A DNA stretch of 59,293 nucleotides from Acidimicrobiales bacterium (GTDB taxonomy: Bacteria > Actinomycetota > Acidimicrobiia > Acidimicrobiales > UBA8190). The DNA lies in contig JBEKVE010000004.1 in NCBI GenBank assembly GCA_049514335.1, positions 1 through 59,293 of the forward strand, given 5' to 3'. The position numbers and the translations under genes are program-made. Shown in pieces: positions 26,868 to 36,749 of this stretch. The notes below the pieces were generated by a model. It searched no databases. It saw nothing but the letters and a program-made list of their open reading frames with translations, and was not told where the DNA came from. Each line of letters starts with the position of its first letter. Positions within the stretch are counted from its first letter, which is position 1.

Positions 26868-27575
26868 GTGATCGACGTCACCGATGACACCTTCGAGCAG
26901 GACGTCCTGGTGCGTTCCGAGCAGGTCCCCGTGGTGGTGGACCTGTGGGCGCCGTGGTGCGGTCCGTGCCGCACCCTGGGACCGATCCTCGAGAGCGTGG
27001 TCGGGGCCAAGGAGGGCTCGGTCGAGCTCGTCAAGGTGAACGTCGACGAGAACCCCCGCGTCTCGTCCACGTTCCAGGTGCAGTCCATCCCGGCCGTGTT
27101 CGCCATCCGAGACCGACAGATCGTCGACGGGTTCGTGGGTGCGCTCCCCGAGCCCCAGGTGGCGGCGTTCGTGGACCGTCTGGTCCCCACGCCCTCGGAG
27201 GCCGACCGCCTGGTGGCGGTGGGGGACGAGGCGTCGCTCGAGCAGGCCCTCGAGCTCGAGCCCGACCACCCCGGCGCCGTGCTCGGGATGGCCCGCCTGC
27301 TCCTCGGGCGCGGCGACACGTCGGAGGCGCTCGGAATCCTGGCCCGGATCCCCGAGACGGCCGAGAGCCGCCAGCTGGCGGCCGAGGCCCGCCTGGCGGC
27401 GCAGCAGGTGGAGGTGCCCGCCGATGGCGTCGACGTGCTGCTCGACGAGCTCCTGCCCAAGGTGAAGGCGGACGAGGCGAGCCGTCAGGAATTCCTCGAC
27501 CTGCTCGAGACGCTCGGGCCCGACGACCCGCGCACCGCCCGCTACCGCAAGGCCCTCGCCACCCAGCTCTTCTGA
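26868..27575 (+). CDS. Thioredoxin-domain plus TPR-like co-chaperone (YbbN/CnoX-like)
   Basis: The start is GTG 26868 (VIDVTDDTFEQDVL...VVDLWAPWCGPCR). A CGPC active site is followed by a helical C-terminal domain. Confidence 0.85.
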   Translation: MIDVTDDTFEQDVLVRSEQVPVVVDLWAPWCGPCRTLGPILESVVGAKEGSVELVKVNVDENPRVSSTFQVQSIPAVFAIRDRQIVDGFVGALPEPQVAAFVDRLVPTPSEADRLVAVGDEASLEQALELEPDHPGAVLGMARLLLGRGDTSEALGILARIPETAESRQLAAEARLAAQQVEVPADGVDVLLDELLPKVKADEASRQEFLDLLETLGPDDPRTARYRKALATQLF

Positions 27576-27631
27576 GCAGGCGCCGTCGCACCGCCGGTCC
27601 TGGGCGAGCAGCGCTTGTGTAGGTTCTCGCG

Positions 27632-28462
27632 GTGCACCTTCGGCTCGGGGACCGGTCCTACGACCTGACCGGCCGCACCCTCGTCATGGGCATCCTGAAC
27701 CGCACGCCCGACTCCTTCTACGACAAGGGGGAGACGTTCGCTCTCGACGCGCTGGTGGGGCGCGCCGCCAAGCTCGTGGACGACGGTGCGGACATCCTGG
27801 ACGTGGGCGGGGTGAAGGCGGGCCCGGGTCCGGAGGTGGGCGAAGCAGAGGAGCTCGACCGCGTCGTGCCTGCCGTGGCGGCATTGCGGGCCCGCTTCGA
27901 CGTGCCGGTATCGGTCGACACGTGGCGGGCGTCGGTGGCGCGCGCCGCCTACGCCGAAGGAGCGGTGATGGGCAACGACATCAGCGGCTTCGCCGACGAC
28001 GACTACCTCCCCGCTGCTGTCGCCGCCGGGGCGGCGGTGGTCGCCACCCACATCCGCATCGGGCCGCGCATTCCCGATCCCGACCCCCACTACGACGACG
28101 TGGTGGCATCGGTGCGGACGTTCCTCCACGACCGCGCCGAGCGGGCACGCGCTGCGGGGATCGACGCCGAGCGGATCGTGGTGGACGCCGGGCTCGACCT
28201 CGGCAAGACCGCCGACCACTCGCTGGCGCTGCTGCGGGCGTCGTCCACCCTGACCACGTTCGGCTACCCGGTGCTGCTGTCGGCGTCCAACAAGCCCTTC
28301 CTGGGGGTGACACTCGACCTCCCCGTCGACGCCCGTGGGGACGCATCGCTGGCGGCGGCGGCGATGGGCGTGTCGCTCGGGTGCCGCATCGTGCGGGCCC
28401 ACGACGTGGCGCGCACGCGGCGCGCCTGTGACGCCATTGGCGCCGTGGTCCTCGCCGCATGA
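27632..28462 (+). CDS. folP: Dihydropteroate synthase
   Basis: The product contains VMGILNRTPDSFYDKG...ILDVGG...SVDT. These are pterin-binding DHPS motifs. Confidence 0.92.
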   Translation: MHLRLGDRSYDLTGRTLVMGILNRTPDSFYDKGETFALDALVGRAAKLVDDGADILDVGGVKAGPGPEVGEAEELDRVVPAVAALRARFDVPVSVDTWRASVARAAYAEGAVMGNDISGFADDDYLPAAVAAGAAVVATHIRIGPRIPDPDPHYDDVVASVRTFLHDRAERARAAGIDAERIVVDAGLDLGKTADHSLALLRASSTLTTFGYPVLLSASNKPFLGVTLDLPVDARGDASLAAAAMGVSLGCRIVRAHDVARTRRACDAIGAVVLAA

Positions 28463-29502
28463 GCGATGCCGCCTCACCGGCCTACCTGGTTCGCGGCGAC
28501 GACGCCTCGCTCGTGGGTCAGGCCGCCCACGAGCTGCTGGCCGAGCTGGCGGCGGGCACCGATCCCTCCATGGTCGTGGAGGAGCACGGCGGACCCGTGG
28601 CCGACGAGCTCGACGCCGGAATGGTGGTCGACGCCCTCACCACGCCTCCGTTCCTCACCGACCGCCGCATTGTGGTGGTGCGCGACGCCGGCCGCCTCAC
28701 CGCCGCCGACGCCTCGCGCCTCGCCGCCTGCCTCGAGGACCCCATCCCCGGTGTGACCCTCGTGCTCGTGTCGGGCGGCGGCACCGTTCCCGCTGCACTG
28801 GTGAAGGCCATCGAGCGCCGCAAGGGGATCATCGACACCGCCGTGGGCACGGGCCGGGCCCGCACCCAGTGGCTGACCGAGCGCCTCCACGAGGGCCCGG
28901 TGAAGCTCGACGCCCGGGCCGGGGCCCGGCTGGGCGAGCACCTGGGCGGTGACGTGAGCCGCCTGCGGGGCATGCTCGAGGCGCTCGCCTCGGCCTACGG
29001 CGAGGGCGCGTCGATCGACGTGGAACGGCTCGAGCCGTTCCTGGGCGAGGCCGGGACCGTCGCTCCCTGGGATCTCACCGACGCCATCGACGCGGGGGAG
29101 ACCGACGAGGCCCTGGCCGCCCTGCACCGCCTCTTCGGAGCGGGCGCGTATCACTGCCTGCAGGTCCTGGCCGTGCTGCATCGGCACTACCAGGCCATGT
29201 TGCGCCTCGACGGTTCGGGCGTGGCGAGCCCCGAGGAGGCCGCGGCCCGCCTCGGCATGCGCAGCGTGTACCCGGCCCGCAAGGTGCTCGAGCAGGGACG
29301 GCGCCTGGGCCCGACGGGGATCACCCGGGCGGTGACGCTGCTCGCCGACGCCGATCTCGACGTGCGGGGCCGCAGCGCCCTGCCCGAGGAGACGGTGCTC
29401 GAAGTCCTCGTGGGCCGGCTCAGCCGCCTGGGTGCGGGGCGCGAGGGCTCGGCGCGTCGCAGCGGGTCACGGGCGCGGGTGGCGTCGCGCCGCAGGCCCT
29501 GA
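28459..29502 (+). CDS. holA: DNA polymerase III subunit delta
   Basis: It overlaps folP through ATGA. The 347-aa product begins ...YLVRGDDASLVGQAAHELL... and sits in the conserved position upstream of rpsT/lepA. Confidence 0.8.
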   Translation: MSDAASPAYLVRGDDASLVGQAAHELLAELAAGTDPSMVVEEHGGPVADELDAGMVVDALTTPPFLTDRRIVVVRDAGRLTAADASRLAACLEDPIPGVTLVLVSGGGTVPAALVKAIERRKGIIDTAVGTGRARTQWLTERLHEGPVKLDARAGARLGEHLGGDVSRLRGMLEALASAYGEGASIDVERLEPFLGEAGTVAPWDLTDAIDAGETDEALAALHRLFGAGAYHCLQVLAVLHRHYQAMLRLDGSGVASPEEAAARLGMRSVYPARKVLEQGRRLGPTGITRAVTLLADADLDVRGRSALPEETVLEVLVGRLSRLGAGREGSARRSGSRARVASRRRP

Positions 29503-29514
29503 GGGGCCCTTGGC

Positions 29515-29778
29515 TCAGCCGGCGTCCGGCGTCGAGCGCCGCATGAGTCGGGACTTGCGGTTGGCCGCCTGGTTCTTGTGGATGACGCCCTGGGCGGCCG
29601 CCTTGTCGATGCGCCGGACGGCGGCCCGCAGGGCCACCTCGGCGTCCTCGGCCCCCGCCTCGAGGGCGGTGATGGCCGTCTTGGACCGGGTGCGCATCTC
29701 CGAGCGGACGGACTTGTTCCGCAGGCGGCGGCGCTCGTTCTGCCGGTTGCGCTTGATCTGGCTTCGGATGTTCGCCAC
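29515..29778 (-). CDS. rpsT: 30S ribosomal protein S20
   Basis: The start is GTG. The product reads [36 protein letters not shown]...[13 protein letters not shown]. Confidence 0.95.
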   Translation of the reverse strand: MANIRSQIKRNRQNERRRLRNKSVRSEMRTRSKTAITALEAGAEDAEVALRAAVRRIDKAAAQGVIHKNQAANRKSRLMRRSTPDAG

Positions 29779-29976
29779 GTGTGCCCTCGGTGCTCGGAGA
29801 CGTGGACCGCCCGGGCGGCCCGTCGTCGGCTGATCGGGTCGGTGGACGCTGCGATGCCCGACCGGCCCTGCGGCGGCGCCGACCGGCACCACCAGGGCCA
29901 CGAGCGTAGCAGGGCCCTCCGCACCCTTCCCCCCCAGACCCTGGGCCGATGCCACCCCCGGTACGCTCCGGGTGCC

Positions 29977-31764
29977 GTGCTCAGCCCCGACCACATCCGC
30001 AATTTCTCGATCATCAGCCACGTCGACCACGGCAAGTCGACGCTGTCGGACCGCATCCTCGAGCTCACCCACGCCGTCGACCCCCGCCTCATGCGCGAGC
30101 AGTACCTCGACTCCATGGACCTGGAGCGTGAGCGGGGCATCACCATCAAGGCCCAGAACGTGCGGGTCCGGTTCAAGGGTCACGTCCTGCACCTCATCGA
30201 CACGCCCGGCCACGTCGACTTCGGCTACGAGGTCAGCCGGTCCCTCGCCGCCTGCGAGGGGGCGGTGCTCCTCGTCGACGCCTCGCAGGGCATCCAGGCC
30301 CAGACCCTGGCCACCTGTTACCAGGCGGTGGAGCACGACCTCGAGATCGTGGCCGCGCTCAACAAGATCGACCTGCCCGCCGCCGACCCCGATCGCTACG
30401 CGGCGGAGATCGAGCGGGTGCTCGGCATCCCCGCCGACTCGATCCTGCGCATCTCGGCCAAGACCGGCGGCGGCGTGGAGGCACTGCTCGACGCCGTGGT
30501 GGAGCGGGTTCCGGCGCCCGTCGGGGACCCCGACGCGCCGCTGCGGGCGCTCATCTTCGACTCTGCCTACGACCAGTACCGCGGCGTGGTGAGCTCGATC
30601 CGGGTGATGGACGGCGTGCTGCGCTCGGGGTCGCGGGTGCGGTACATGCAGGCCGCGTTCACCCAGGAGGTGGAGGAGATCGGCGCCCGGCTCCCCATCC
30701 CGACACCGGTGGACGAGCTCGGGCCGGGCGAGGTCGGCTACCTCATCGCCGGCATCAAGGACGTGGGCCAGGCCCGGTCCGGTGAGACCGTCACCGACGC
30801 CGTGCGCAGCGCCCCCGAGCCGCTCGAGGGGTACCGCGACCCCAAGCCCATGGTGTTCTGCGGCCTCTACCCCATCGACGGCGACGAGCTTCCCGCCCTG
30901 CGCGAGGCGCTCGACAAGCTGCGCCTGAACGACTCCAGCTTCACCTTCGAGCCCGAGTCATCGGGAGCGCTCGGCTTCGGCTTCCGCTGCGGGTTCCTGG
31001 GCCTTTTGCACATGGAGATCGTGCGTGAGCGCCTCGAGCGCGAGTTCGACCTGTCGCTCATCGCCACAGCGCCGTCGGTCGCCTACGTGGCCCACCTGAC
31101 GAGCGGGGCCGACCTGCGCTTCGACAACCCGAGCGAGATGCCCGAGGCCACGCAGCTCGACCACATCGACGAGCCCATGCTGCGGGCCACGGTCATCGTG
31201 CCGTCGGAGTACATCGGTCCCGTCATGGAGCTGTGCCAGGCGCGGCGTGGTGAGCTCGGCCACATGGAGTACCTGTCGCCCGAGCGCCTCGAGCTCGTGT
31301 ACCGCATCCCCCTGGCCGAGGTGGTGGTCGACTTCTTCGACCAGCTGAAGAGCAGGACACGCGGCTACGCCAGCCTCGACTACGAGGCCGACGGCTACGA
31401 CACCGCCAACCTTGTCAAGGTCGACCTGCTCATCAACCACATGCCCGTGGACGCTTTCTCCACCGTGGTGCACCGTTCCCAGGCCGACGCCTACGGCCGG
31501 CGCATGACCGAGAAGCTGCGGGAGCTGATCCCGCGCCAGCTCTTCGACGTCCCCATCCAGGCGGCGGTGGGAGGCAGGGTGGTGGCCCGGGAGACGGTCA
31601 AGGCCAAGCGCAAGGACGTCCTGGCCAAGTGCTACGGCGGCGACATCACCCGCAAGCGCAAGCTCCTCGAGCGCCAGAAGGAGGGCAAGAAGAAGATGAA
31701 GGCCATCGGGCGCGTGGAAGTGCCCCAGGAGGCCTTCATCTCGGCTCTGCGCCTGGAGGACTGA
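29977..31764 (+). CDS. lepA: Elongation factor 4 (translational GTPase LepA)
   Basis: The start is GTG 29977 ([28 protein letters not shown]). It contains DTPGHVDF and NKID, and the C-terminal LepA region ends ...[12 protein letters not shown]. Confidence 0.96.
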   Translation: MLSPDHIRNFSIISHVDHGKSTLSDRILELTHAVDPRLMREQYLDSMDLERERGITIKAQNVRVRFKGHVLHLIDTPGHVDFGYEVSRSLAACEGAVLLVDASQGIQAQTLATCYQAVEHDLEIVAALNKIDLPAADPDRYAAEIERVLGIPADSILRISAKTGGGVEALLDAVVERVPAPVGDPDAPLRALIFDSAYDQYRGVVSSIRVMDGVLRSGSRVRYMQAAFTQEVEEIGARLPIPTPVDELGPGEVGYLIAGIKDVGQARSGETVTDAVRSAPEPLEGYRDPKPMVFCGLYPIDGDELPALREALDKLRLNDSSFTFEPESSGALGFGFRCGFLGLLHMEIVRERLEREFDLSLIATAPSVAYVAHLTSGADLRFDNPSEMPEATQLDHIDEPMLRATVIVPSEYIGPVMELCQARRGELGHMEYLSPERLELVYRIPLAEVVVDFFDQLKSRTRGYASLDYEADGYDTANLVKVDLLINHMPVDAFSTVVHRSQADAYGRRMTEKLRELIPRQLFDVPIQAAVGGRVVARETVKAKRKDVLAKCYGGDITRKRKLLERQKEGKKKMKAIGRVEVPQEAFISALRLED

Positions 31765-31820
31765 CCCGCGTCGGCGCCGGGGGTCGTCCCCGGAGGTCGG
31801 CCCAGGTCGGGGGGTGGTCG

Positions 31821-31847
31821 GTAGCACTCGGTAGACTCGACTGCCAG
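31821..31847. promoter_or_regulatory. Degenerate CIRCE-like inverted repeat upstream of hrcA
   Basis: The sequence is gTAGCACTC-ggtagactc-GACTGCCAg, against the consensus TTAGCACTC-N9-GAGTGCTAA. The left arm matches 8/9, the right arm 6/9, and the 9-nt spacer is correct. It ends 8 nt before the hrcA ATG. Confidence 0.5.
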
Positions 31848-31854
31848 GACCGCC

Positions 31855-33087
31855 ATGGCAGCGAAACGCACGACGCGCCCCGACGGCGCGCACAGGCCGC
31901 ACACCCCGCCCGGACGTGGCGCGTCGGTGGCCGACGACCGGCGCCCGGACACGGGATCCGACCCCGACGCCCCGGCCGAGCCCGCCCTCGACCACCGCAA
32001 GGCGGCCATCTTGAAGGCGGTCGTGTCGGAGTACATCGAGACGGCTCAGCCCGTGGGATCGGCCCACATCACCGGCACGCCGGGGGTCGAGGTGTCGTCG
32101 GCCACGGTCCGAAGCGAGATGGCGGCCCTCGAGCGCGACGGATACCTGGCCCAGCCCCACACGAGCGCGGGGCGTATCCCCACCGACAAGGGCTACAGAT
32201 TCTTCGTCGACCACCTCGGCCGCCCCGGGACGCTCGGGCCACACCAGCGCCAGGAGGTGCGCCGGTTCTTCGCCCACGTGCACGGCGAGGTCGAGGACCT
32301 GCTGAGCCGGACGAGCGGCCTCCTCGCCGATCTGACCGATTACGCCGCGGTGGTGGTGGGACCGAGCCACGAGTCGTCGACCATCCGCTCGGTGCAGCTC
32401 GTGGGATTGTCGCCCCGCCTGGCGTTGCTCGTGGCCGTGCTGTCCGACGGGGCGGTGGAGAAGCGCACCGTCGAGCTCGCCGCCGACACCACCGACGACG
32501 CCCTCGCCCGGGCCGGCGCCCACATCACCGCCCACGTCCGAGGCTCCACCCTGACGCGCCCGGGGGCGGTGCCCGATGTCAGGGACCCCGGCATCGACGC
32601 CGTGGTGCGCGGGGGCGTCGACGCCCTCGCCCAGCTGGCCGACACCGACGAGGCCGACCACGTCTTCGTAGGCGGCTCGTCGCGCATGGCCGTCGCCTTC
32701 GACGCCGTCGACACGGTCCGGTCCGTACTGTCCATCCTGGAGCAGCAGCTCGTGGTGGTGGAGCTGATCGAGGACATCCTCGACAGGGGGCTGTCGGTGG
32801 CCATCGGGGCCGAGCACGGGTTCGAGCCGCTGGCGGCGTGCGCGTTGGTGGTGGCCCCGTTCGAGATCGACGGCGAGGTACAGGGAACGGTGGGGGTGGT
32901 CGGTCCCACCCGCATGCACTACCCGCGGGCGCTCGCCGCCGTGCAGGTGGTCGGCCGGCAGCTGGGCGAGCATCTGGCCGGAGCATCGGGGGCGGGGCGA
33001 CCGGGATCGGGGGCGGGCGTCGACCCGGGCCCTGCGAGCGGCGCGGCACCTGGGCGTCGACGTCGGGGGGCAGCCGGTGCCCGCTGA
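31855..33087 (+). CDS. hrcA: Heat-inducible transcriptional repressor HrcA (with low-complexity N- and C-terminal extensions)
   Basis: The core reads LDHRKAAILKAVVSEYIETAQPVGS...ATVRSEMAALERDGYLAQPHTSAGRIPTDKGYRFFVD. The true start may lie further downstream. The gene overlaps dnaJ by 11 nt. Confidence 0.9.
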   Translation: MAAKRTTRPDGAHRPHTPPGRGASVADDRRPDTGSDPDAPAEPALDHRKAAILKAVVSEYIETAQPVGSAHITGTPGVEVSSATVRSEMAALERDGYLAQPHTSAGRIPTDKGYRFFVDHLGRPGTLGPHQRQEVRRFFAHVHGEVEDLLSRTSGLLADLTDYAAVVVGPSHESSTIRSVQLVGLSPRLALLVAVLSDGAVEKRTVELAADTTDDALARAGAHITAHVRGSTLTRPGAVPDVRDPGIDAVVRGGVDALAQLADTDEADHVFVGGSSRMAVAFDAVDTVRSVLSILEQQLVVVELIEDILDRGLSVAIGAEHGFEPLAACALVVAPFEIDGEVQGTVGVVGPTRMHYPRALAAVQVVGRQLGEHLAGASGAGRPGSGAGVDPGPASGAAPGRRRRGAAGAR

Positions 33088-34183
33088 CTACTACGCCCTG
33101 CTGGGCGTGGCCCCCGACGCCTCCGACGACGACATCAAGCGCGCCTATCGCCGCATGGCGCGGGAGCTGCACCCCGACAGCACCGGGGGAGACGCTCCGG
33201 CCGAGGCGCGCTTCAAGGAGGTGACGCGCGCCTACGAGGTCCTGCGCGACCCGGCGCGTCGCGCCCGCTACGACCGCTTCGGTCCCGACGGTGTGGACGG
33301 GCCCGTGGCCGGGGCGGGCGACATGTTCGGCAGTGGGCTCGGCGACTTGTTCGACGCCTTCTTCGGGGGCGGCGGAGCCCGTCGTCGGGGTGGCCCGGTC
33401 AGGGGCAACGACGCCGAGATGGTGATCGAGCTGTCCTTCCGGGAGGCGGTGTTCGGGGTGACCCGCGACATCACCACCGAGCTCCCCGTGGCCTGCGCCA
33501 CCTGCGAGGGATCGGGGGCACGTCAGGGCACGACCGCGGTGACCTGCCCCGAGTGCCAGGGCGCCGGGGAGCAGCGCCGGGTGCGGCAGTCGATCCTGGG
33601 CCAGGTGGTGACGGCCGTGCCGTGCCGGCGATGCAGCGCCATGGGCGAGGTCATCGCCAGCCCCTGCCCCGACTGCCGGGGGGACGGCCGCGTCATGCAG
33701 ACCCGCACCTTCACCGAGAACGTCCCCGCCGGGGTCGACCACGGCTCGACCCTGCGCCTGTCGGGCCAGGGCCCGGCCGGGCCCCGGGGCGGTCCGGCCG
33801 GGGACCTCTACGTGCACCTGTCGGTCCAGCCCGACGAGCATTTCGTGCGCAGCGGCGACGACCTCCACGCCGAGCTGCACGTCTCCATGGCCCAGGCCGC
33901 TCTGGGGGTGGGCCTCGAATTCGAGACGCTCGACGGCACCGAGCCGGTGGCGGTGGCGCCCGGCACCCAGACCGGCCAGGTCCTGCGCATGCGGGGCCGG
34001 GGCGTTCCCCACGTGCGCGGGCGCGGGCGCGGCGACCTCGTGGTGCAGGTGGTGGTGGACACCCCCACCGAGCTGACCAAGGCACAGGAGGAGCTCCTGC
34101 GCCAGCTGGCGGCCGAGCGCCAGGAGGACGTGGCGCCCCCCGGCGAGGGCTTCATGTCCCGCCTGCGCTCCGCCTTCGGCTGA
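33077..34183 (+). CDS. dnaJ: Molecular chaperone DnaJ
   Basis: The J-domain reads DYYALLGVAPDASDDDIKRAYRRMARELHPD. Four CxxCxGxG zinc-finger motifs are present. Confidence 0.96.
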   Translation: MPADYYALLGVAPDASDDDIKRAYRRMARELHPDSTGGDAPAEARFKEVTRAYEVLRDPARRARYDRFGPDGVDGPVAGAGDMFGSGLGDLFDAFFGGGGARRRGGPVRGNDAEMVIELSFREAVFGVTRDITTELPVACATCEGSGARQGTTAVTCPECQGAGEQRRVRQSILGQVVTAVPCRRCSAMGEVIASPCPDCRGDGRVMQTRTFTENVPAGVDHGSTLRLSGQGPAGPRGGPAGDLYVHLSVQPDEHFVRSGDDLHAELHVSMAQAALGVGLEFETLDGTEPVAVAPGTQTGQVLRMRGRGVPHVRGRGRGDLVVQVVVDTPTELTKAQEELLRQLAAERQEDVAPPGEGFMSRLRSAFG

Positions 34184-34196
34184 GCGGCAGCGGGCC

Positions 34197-35000
34197 GTGG
34201 GCGCGGAGAAGGCCCCGGCCGGCCCCGGGCCGGTGCCCTCCCCGGCCGGTGTCGAGGCCGCCGCCCAGGTCTTCGTGGACGACCTCGAGGGGCTGACGGT
34301 CGAGGTCGAGGACCGCCGCCACCTGCTCGACGTCCTTCGGCTGCGTCCCGGCGAGGTGGTGGTGGCCTGCGACGGACGGGGCCGGTGGCGTGGGTGCCGC
34401 ATGACCACTGCCACGCTGCGTGGTGACACGACCCCTCTGCTCGAGCCTGACGGCCCGGTCACGACGACCCCGCCGGCCGTGCCCGCCGTGACGGTGGCCT
34501 TCGTGCCGGTGAAGGGGGACCGACCCGAGTGGGCGGTGCAGAAGCTGACCGAGGCCGGGGTGGACCGCATCGTGGTGCTGCGCTCGGTGCGGGCCGTGGT
34601 CCGCTGGGACGAGGACCGCCAGGTCCGGGCGCTCGACCGGTTCCAGCGCGTGGCCCGCCACGCCGCCGCCCAGAGCCGCCGCGCCTACCTGCCCGAGATC
34701 TCCGGTGTGATGGGGCTCGACGATCTGGCCGCCCGCCTGGCACCGGTCCCCCTGGCCCTGGCCCACCCCGGGGGGTCGCCCCCGAGCACCGCCGTGCCCG
34801 CCGTGGCGGTGGGGCCCGAGGGGGGATGGGACCCGTCCGAGACGGGCCCGGAGCGCCTCCTGGTGGGCCTCGGCCCCCACATCCTGCGGGCCGAAACGGC
34901 CACGGTGGCGGCCGGCCTCCTGCTCTGCGCCCTGCGGAGCGGCCTCGTGGGTCCCCCGCCGACCCCTTCCGACCTGGCCCCCGGGGGGGCCGGGGGCTAG
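34197..35000 (+). CDS. rsmE: 16S rRNA (uracil1498-N3)-methyltransferase
   Basis: The product has ...VFVDDL..., VTVAFVPVKGDRPEWAVQKLTEAGVDRIVVL, and GPEGGW...LGPHILRAETA. It sits in the conserved position after dnaJ. Confidence 0.85.
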   Translation: MGAEKAPAGPGPVPSPAGVEAAAQVFVDDLEGLTVEVEDRRHLLDVLRLRPGEVVVACDGRGRWRGCRMTTATLRGDTTPLLEPDGPVTTTPPAVPAVTVAFVPVKGDRPEWAVQKLTEAGVDRIVVLRSVRAVVRWDEDRQVRALDRFQRVARHAAAQSRRAYLPEISGVMGLDDLAARLAPVPLALAHPGGSPPSTAVPAVAVGPEGGWDPSETGPERLLVGLGPHILRAETATVAAGLLLCALRSGLVGPPPTPSDLAPGGAGG

Positions 35001-35157
35001 ACGGTCCTTGCAATCACCACGCTGAGTGAGCGAGACTGACGGGGATTATCCGCATGCGTGCCAGCGGGCGGGGGGTCGGGCACGGAGGTCACGCTCTCGC
35101 GGAGTTGTTCGCACGGGGGCCGTCGGGAAGCACGGGACGAGCGCAGCGAGGATCTGG

Positions 35158-35754
35158 ATGGTCATGGTGAACACGGTCTTGACCGAAGAGGACGAGCAGG
35201 AGGAGTCAGCCAGGGCGGCGTATGCCAGGGCTGTCGGCTCCCGCCTGCGCGCCGTGCGCAAGCAGATGCGCCTGTCGCTCCAGGCCGTGGAGGCCATGTC
35301 GGACCAGGAGTTCAAGGCATCGGTGCTGGGTGCCTACGAACGCGGCGAGCGGGCCATCTCGGTGCCGAGGCTGCAGCGGTTGGCGAAGCTGTACGACGTC
35401 CCGGTGGACCAACTCCTCCCCCAGGACGACGACGCCACCCGGTGGGGCCCCGACGGCGAGGGCAACGGTGCGAACACTGACGGGAACCCCGGTCGCGCCC
35501 GGCGCCAGCTGCGGCCCTGGGACGGTCACGACAAGGTCACGATCGACCTCACCAAGCTGAACTCGGTGAGCGGGCCCGAGCGCGACCTGCTGCGCCGCTT
35601 CCTGTCGATGATCCAGGTGCAGCGCCAGGACTTCAACGGCCGCATGATCACCATCAGGGCCGAGGACCTGCGGGCCATCGCCTGCCTCTTCGGCGTGACG
35701 CCCGACGCCATGAGCCGTCGGCTCGACGAGCTGGGACTGCGCGTCGTCGCCTGA
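35158..35754 (+). CDS. XRE-family helix-turn-helix transcriptional regulator with a C-terminal domain of unknown function
   Basis: The HTH reads VGSRLRAVRKQMRLSLQAVEAMSDQEFKASVLGAYERGERAISVPRLQRLAKLYDVPVDQLL. The start may be ATG 35158, ATG 35164 or GTG 35167. Confidence 0.75.
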   Translation: MVMVNTVLTEEDEQEESARAAYARAVGSRLRAVRKQMRLSLQAVEAMSDQEFKASVLGAYERGERAISVPRLQRLAKLYDVPVDQLLPQDDDATRWGPDGEGNGANTDGNPGRARRQLRPWDGHDKVTIDLTKLNSVSGPERDLLRRFLSMIQVQRQDFNGRMITIRAEDLRAIACLFGVTPDAMSRRLDELGLRVVA

Positions 35755-35828
35755 CGCGGCGCCAACCGGCGTCGTCGCCTGACGCGGCGCCAACCGGCGT
35801 CGTCGCCTGACGCGGCGCCAACCGGCGT
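35741..35828. repeat. Three perfect tandem copies of a 28-bp unit plus 4 nt of a fourth copy
   Basis: The unit is gcgtcgtcgcctgacgcggcgccaaccg, at 35741-35768, 35769-35796 and 35797-35824, followed by gcgt. The first copy contains the last four codons and the TGA of the XRE gene. Confidence 0.95.
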
Positions 35829-35957
35829 GCCCCGTGCGGGCCCGCCGCAGCCCTGACGAAGCGTCACCACCCCCGTCACCGAACGCGCTGCGCCCACGTT
35901 CCGCCTGTCTCGGCGCGCCTTGGCGCGCCGGTCTGCGGTGAACACCTACCGGATAAC

Positions 35958-36251
35958 ATGACGATGCACGATGGGACACGGCGACAGGCACAGGACGTGA
36001 GCGCAGATATCCGGTGGATGAGCACCAAGGAGGCGGCCGAGCACCTCGGCGTCACCCTGCGCAGCCTCTACCGCTTCATCGACGAAGGGGCCCTGCCCGC
36101 CTTCAAGTTCGGGCGCGTCATACGCCTGAAGGCCGACGACGTCGACGCCTTCATCGAGGCGTGCCGCATCGCGCCGGGCAGTCTCGAGCACCTCTATCCC
36201 GAGGTGAAGGGGCCCGCCGCGGCGCGTGCGCGCGACGACGCCGCGTCGTGA
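35958..36251 (+). CDS. Small excisionase/MerR-like helix-turn-helix DNA-binding protein
   Basis: The product contains MSTKEAAEHLGVTLRSLYRFIDEGALPAFKFGRVIRLKADDVDAFIE. The start is ATG 35958 or the internal ATG at 36018. Confidence 0.7.
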   Translation: MTMHDGTRRQAQDVSADIRWMSTKEAAEHLGVTLRSLYRFIDEGALPAFKFGRVIRLKADDVDAFIEACRIAPGSLEHLYPEVKGPAAARARDDAAS

Positions 36252-36258
36252 GGCTCCG

Positions 36259-36639
36259 GTGACCGACGGGCCTGGTGCGGGCGACGGTGCCGGCGTCGAC
36301 GGCTGCGTGTTCTGCGGCATCGTGAACGGCACGCTCCCGTCGGAGGTGGTGCTCGAATCCGAGCACAGCGTCGCCTTCCGCGACCTGCACCCGCAGGCTC
36401 CGGTGCACGTGCTGGTGGCGCCACGCCGCCACATCGACGATGCCGCCGCCCTCGGTGCCGGAGACGCCGAGGTCCTGCTCGACATGCACCTGACGGCGCG
36501 CCGCGTGGCCGAGGCGGAGGGGATCGCGGCGCGTGGCTACCGCCTCATCTTCAACGTGGGCGAGGACGCGCTCAACTCGGTTCCCCATCTCCACCTGCAC
36601 GTCATCGGCGGTCGCCGCCTGTCCGGCCAGGGGGGATGA
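36259..36639 (+). CDS. HIT (histidine triad) family nucleotide hydrolase/transferase
   Basis: The product contains CVFCGIV.G..P...V......VAFRDL.PQAPVHVLV.PRRH...SVPHLHLHVIGG. The start is GTG 36259 or GTG 36226. Confidence 0.88.
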   Translation: MTDGPGAGDGAGVDGCVFCGIVNGTLPSEVVLESEHSVAFRDLHPQAPVHVLVAPRRHIDDAAALGAGDAEVLLDMHLTARRVAEAEGIAARGYRLIFNVGEDALNSVPHLHLHVIGGRRLSGQGG

Positions 36640-36749
36640 CCACGCCCCGCACCGCGGCGCGCGGCGCGCCCGGGGGAGACGGCGCCGCTGCCCATGGAGC
36701 CCGGGTCGGTCCGGCCCGGACCCCCTGGTAGCCTCGGAACCGAGCGCCA

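Noticed and set aside
35741-35828. The 28-bp perfect repeats might have been a CRISPR array.
   Set aside because: The copies are directly adjacent with no spacers, there are only three units, and no cas genes are in the window. This is a simple tandem duplication.
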